This document shows positions 61,415 to 64,000 of a stretch of DNA of 64,000 nucleotides, one piece after another. The DNA is taken from positions 54,994,001 through 55,058,000 of the forward strand of contig JAGIQG010000004.1 in NCBI GenBank assembly GCA_024679065.1. Reading direction: 5' to 3'. Each line of letters starts with the position of its first letter. The stretch's first letter is position 1. Position numbers and translations under genes: made by a program. The DNA comes from Sphyrna mokarran (Eukaryota). The notes under the pieces are model-generated. The model ran no database searches and was not told the DNA's origin. It saw nothing but the letters and a program-made list of their open reading frames with translations.

Positions 61415-62495
61415 CCATACATACATAGAAACATATATAGGAAATTAGAAGCAGAAGTAGGCTATTTGCCCTTTGAGTCTGTTCCATCATTCAATATGAT
61501 CATGGTTGATCATATTCAATATCCTGATCCTACCCCCCGTGCCCCCCCATCACCACCATCCACCCCAGTCTCTTCATCCCTTTGGCCTCTAGAGCTATAT
61601 CTATTTCCTTCTTGAAATCACACAATGTTTTGGCCTCAACTACTTTTTGTGGTAGTGGAGTTTGCACATCCTCCCCATGATTGCGTGGGTTTTATCCGGG
61701 TCCTCTCATTTCCTCCCACATTCCAAAAATGTGCTCTTAGGCTGATTGGTGTAACAAATTGTCCCTAAATTAGTCTTCCCTCAATCTTCCATAATAGGTG
61801 TAGACAAAGGTCATGGGTAGAGGAGGGCACTCAATGTTAAAATGATTGTGCAGGCTCGTTGGACCGAAGGGCCTGTTTCCAATGCTGTGTTGTTCTTTGT
61901 CCTTTGTTCTTTGAATTTAATACATTCACTACTCTTAGGGTGAAGAAATTTCTCCTCACTTCAGTCTTAAAAGTTTACCCCTTATCCTTAGACTATGACC
62001 CTAGTTCTGAATTCCCCCACCACTGTAAACATTCTTTTTAAATCTATTCTGTCTAATCCTGTTAGAATTTTTAAAGATTCTATGCCATTGTCTCTCATCC
62101 TTCTAAACCTCAAAGAATATTATTTTAACTCTCTTTGTATGACAGTCCTACCATCCCTGGTAATCTTATACTGCACTCCCTCTATAGCAGGGACATTATT
62201 CCTCAGATTAGGACAGTAAAACTGCATACAATAGTCCAGGTATGGCCTCTCTGTTGCCATATATAATTGCAATAAAGCATCCCATTCCTATACTCATTCT
62301 CTCGCTATGAAGACCAATATACCATTTACCTTTTTTACTGCCTGTTGTACAAGCACACTTACTTTCAGCAATGTACGAGAACACCAAGGTCTTGCTGAGT
62401 ATCTGCCTCTCTCAATTTGCATCCACTTAAATAATAATCTGCCTTCCTATTTTTGCCATTGAAGTGGATAACCTCACATTTATCCAAATTATACA
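61415..62495 (-). mobile_element. CR1 3' fragment containing a headless V-SINE (+ strand, about 61655-61910)
   Basis: GGATAACCTCACATTTATCC (KCEVIH on the minus strand); SINE core GTGGAGTTTGCACATCCTCCCC. Confidence 0.7.
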
Positions 62496-64000
62496 GATTC
62501 AGATATTTTTCTTTGTCCCTATTCCATTGGTCCAAAAGTTACAATAGACAAAGTCCATCGTTACAGAGATGCTTGCAATACTCTGTCCCCAAGTCTACAC
62601 AATTCCTTCTATGTTTTCCCTCCATAATTGGCAGGGCGAGAGTCATGAGAAGCAGCAAGAGAGTCATATTGTCTCTTAATTGTAACTCACGCAACCATTA
62701 TATGATAGACCAAAAGCTATATTGCCCACGCGCAATATCCTACATACCGGTTCAGCTTGCTTGGAGATCAGTTATCTCATGGATCTGTGAATTGAGCACA
62801 TCACATATTTTTCCAATTGGTGCCAGCATAATCTTTCAACTGAGTCCAATGTTTCCAGGCACAAGTATCGTCACTGATTATGATCTCATGGGGGCCATTC
62901 CATCTGGGGGAAAACCCAGGTTTTCAAGGGAATGTCTTCTCCATAACTTTGCTGCCCCCAGGGGATAACTCAAGGGTCTGTTCTTACTCATTTTGCTCAT
63001 CCTTTGCTATTTAGTTTTTCTTACTGTTTTTCGCATATCCTTCAGTTCTAAAACATTTTATCTAATCCTATCCCATAATGGGCCTATATCTGTCCCACCA
63101 GTAATAATGGACTTGGATAGTTGAATAGCCCTTCCAGTCATTAGCTTATATAGTGTCAGACTGGAGGTTTTGATTCATATTGGCTCTGAATTTCATTAAT
63201 ATGGTGGGCAACACCTCGGTCCATCTCTTTCTTGAATCCTGCATGGTCTTTGCTAGGGAAGTCCTAACTGTTCTATTCATACACTCCACCATTCCCGAAC
63301 TCTGAGGGTGGTAGGGAATGTGAAATTTTTGTTTTATCTCCATCAGTTGCTACGTGGTTTTTTTCTACCTTCCCCGTGAAGTGCGTGCCTTGATCGGATC
63401 TATTCGTGATGCTACCCCACATCTTGAGATAACTTTCTCAGCTGATATTCTCATCACCGTAGTGGCTGAACAGTTTTTAGTTGGGAATGCCTCTACCCAT
63501 CTGGTGAATTGGTCAAATTACACCGAACAGTAGGTTCTCCTATGTGACTGAGGAAGAGATCCTGTAAAGTCAATTTGTAAATGTTCCCAGGGACACTTAG
63601 GGTGAGGCTGGTGCCCGATCCTGATTTTTACAAGCTTTCCTAGGTTATATTGGGCACAGGTTACACATCAATGACAATATTGTGCAATGTCCCATCCCAT
63701 TGCTTTCCACCACCACTCCTTTCCTATCCTGGTTGTCATGGCATCTCTTCCCACATGTGACAGTCCATGATGTAACTGCATCAGAGTATGCTGGATACAT
63801 ACTGGTGCTAGAACTTTATCATTTAATCTCCATACATCCTTTTCATCAGGTGTAGCTCTTTGAGCTTTCCAGCTCGCACGCTGTTCTCCAAGTGTATCAG
63901 CATGTGGCTGTGAGGTGTCTGTTGGGGATTCAACTGTAACTGAGACAGTCGATATGACTTGCACTTCTCCTGTTTCTAAGTTTGATTGTGCCGCTTTGTC
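62496..64000 (-). mobile_element. Endogenous retrovirus-like pol remnant (RNase H end, integrase) with possible env start; continues beyond the window
   Basis: DKAA (RNase H end), HHGLSH...C..C zinc finger, PWEHLQIDFT, WVEAFPT, YHPQSSGMVE and PRWNGPH; stops and frameshifts present. Confidence 0.85.

Noticed and set aside
62453-62968. 171-aa plus-strand ORF, and similar ORFs such as 11525..12031 and 25121..25435
   Set aside because: These are antisense shadows of retroelement sequence.

Overview
Vertebrate genomic DNA, very probably from a shark (cartilaginous fish), judged from the repeat content: dense CR1 LINEs, Rex1/Babar-type LINEs, HE1/V-SINE- and Deu-type SINEs, and Penelope-derived palindromes. 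Most of the window is transposon debris. Embedded in it are two intact, tandemly duplicated + strand genes (CDS 13512-17157 and 36031-41203) that the ORF track shows only in fragments. Each has exons for leader, V domain with a germline-joined J-like GxGT/SxLTV strand, C1-set domain, and an Arg-containing transmembrane segment with a very short tail, followed by a probable untranslated last exon. They resemble a non-rearranging, TCR-chain-like or NKp30/SIRP-like activating receptor. The two V domains are unusually short and differ most at CDR-equivalent loops (52/102 identical), while the C1 domains are 78/99 identical. The upstream region of a third duplication unit appears at about 49.1-50.0 kb with no gene in the window. 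An endogenous-retrovirus-like pol/integrase with a possible env remnant occupies the last 1.5 kb (- strand). Exon coordinates were read by hand from splice signals and paralog alignment; most repeat boundaries are approximate.
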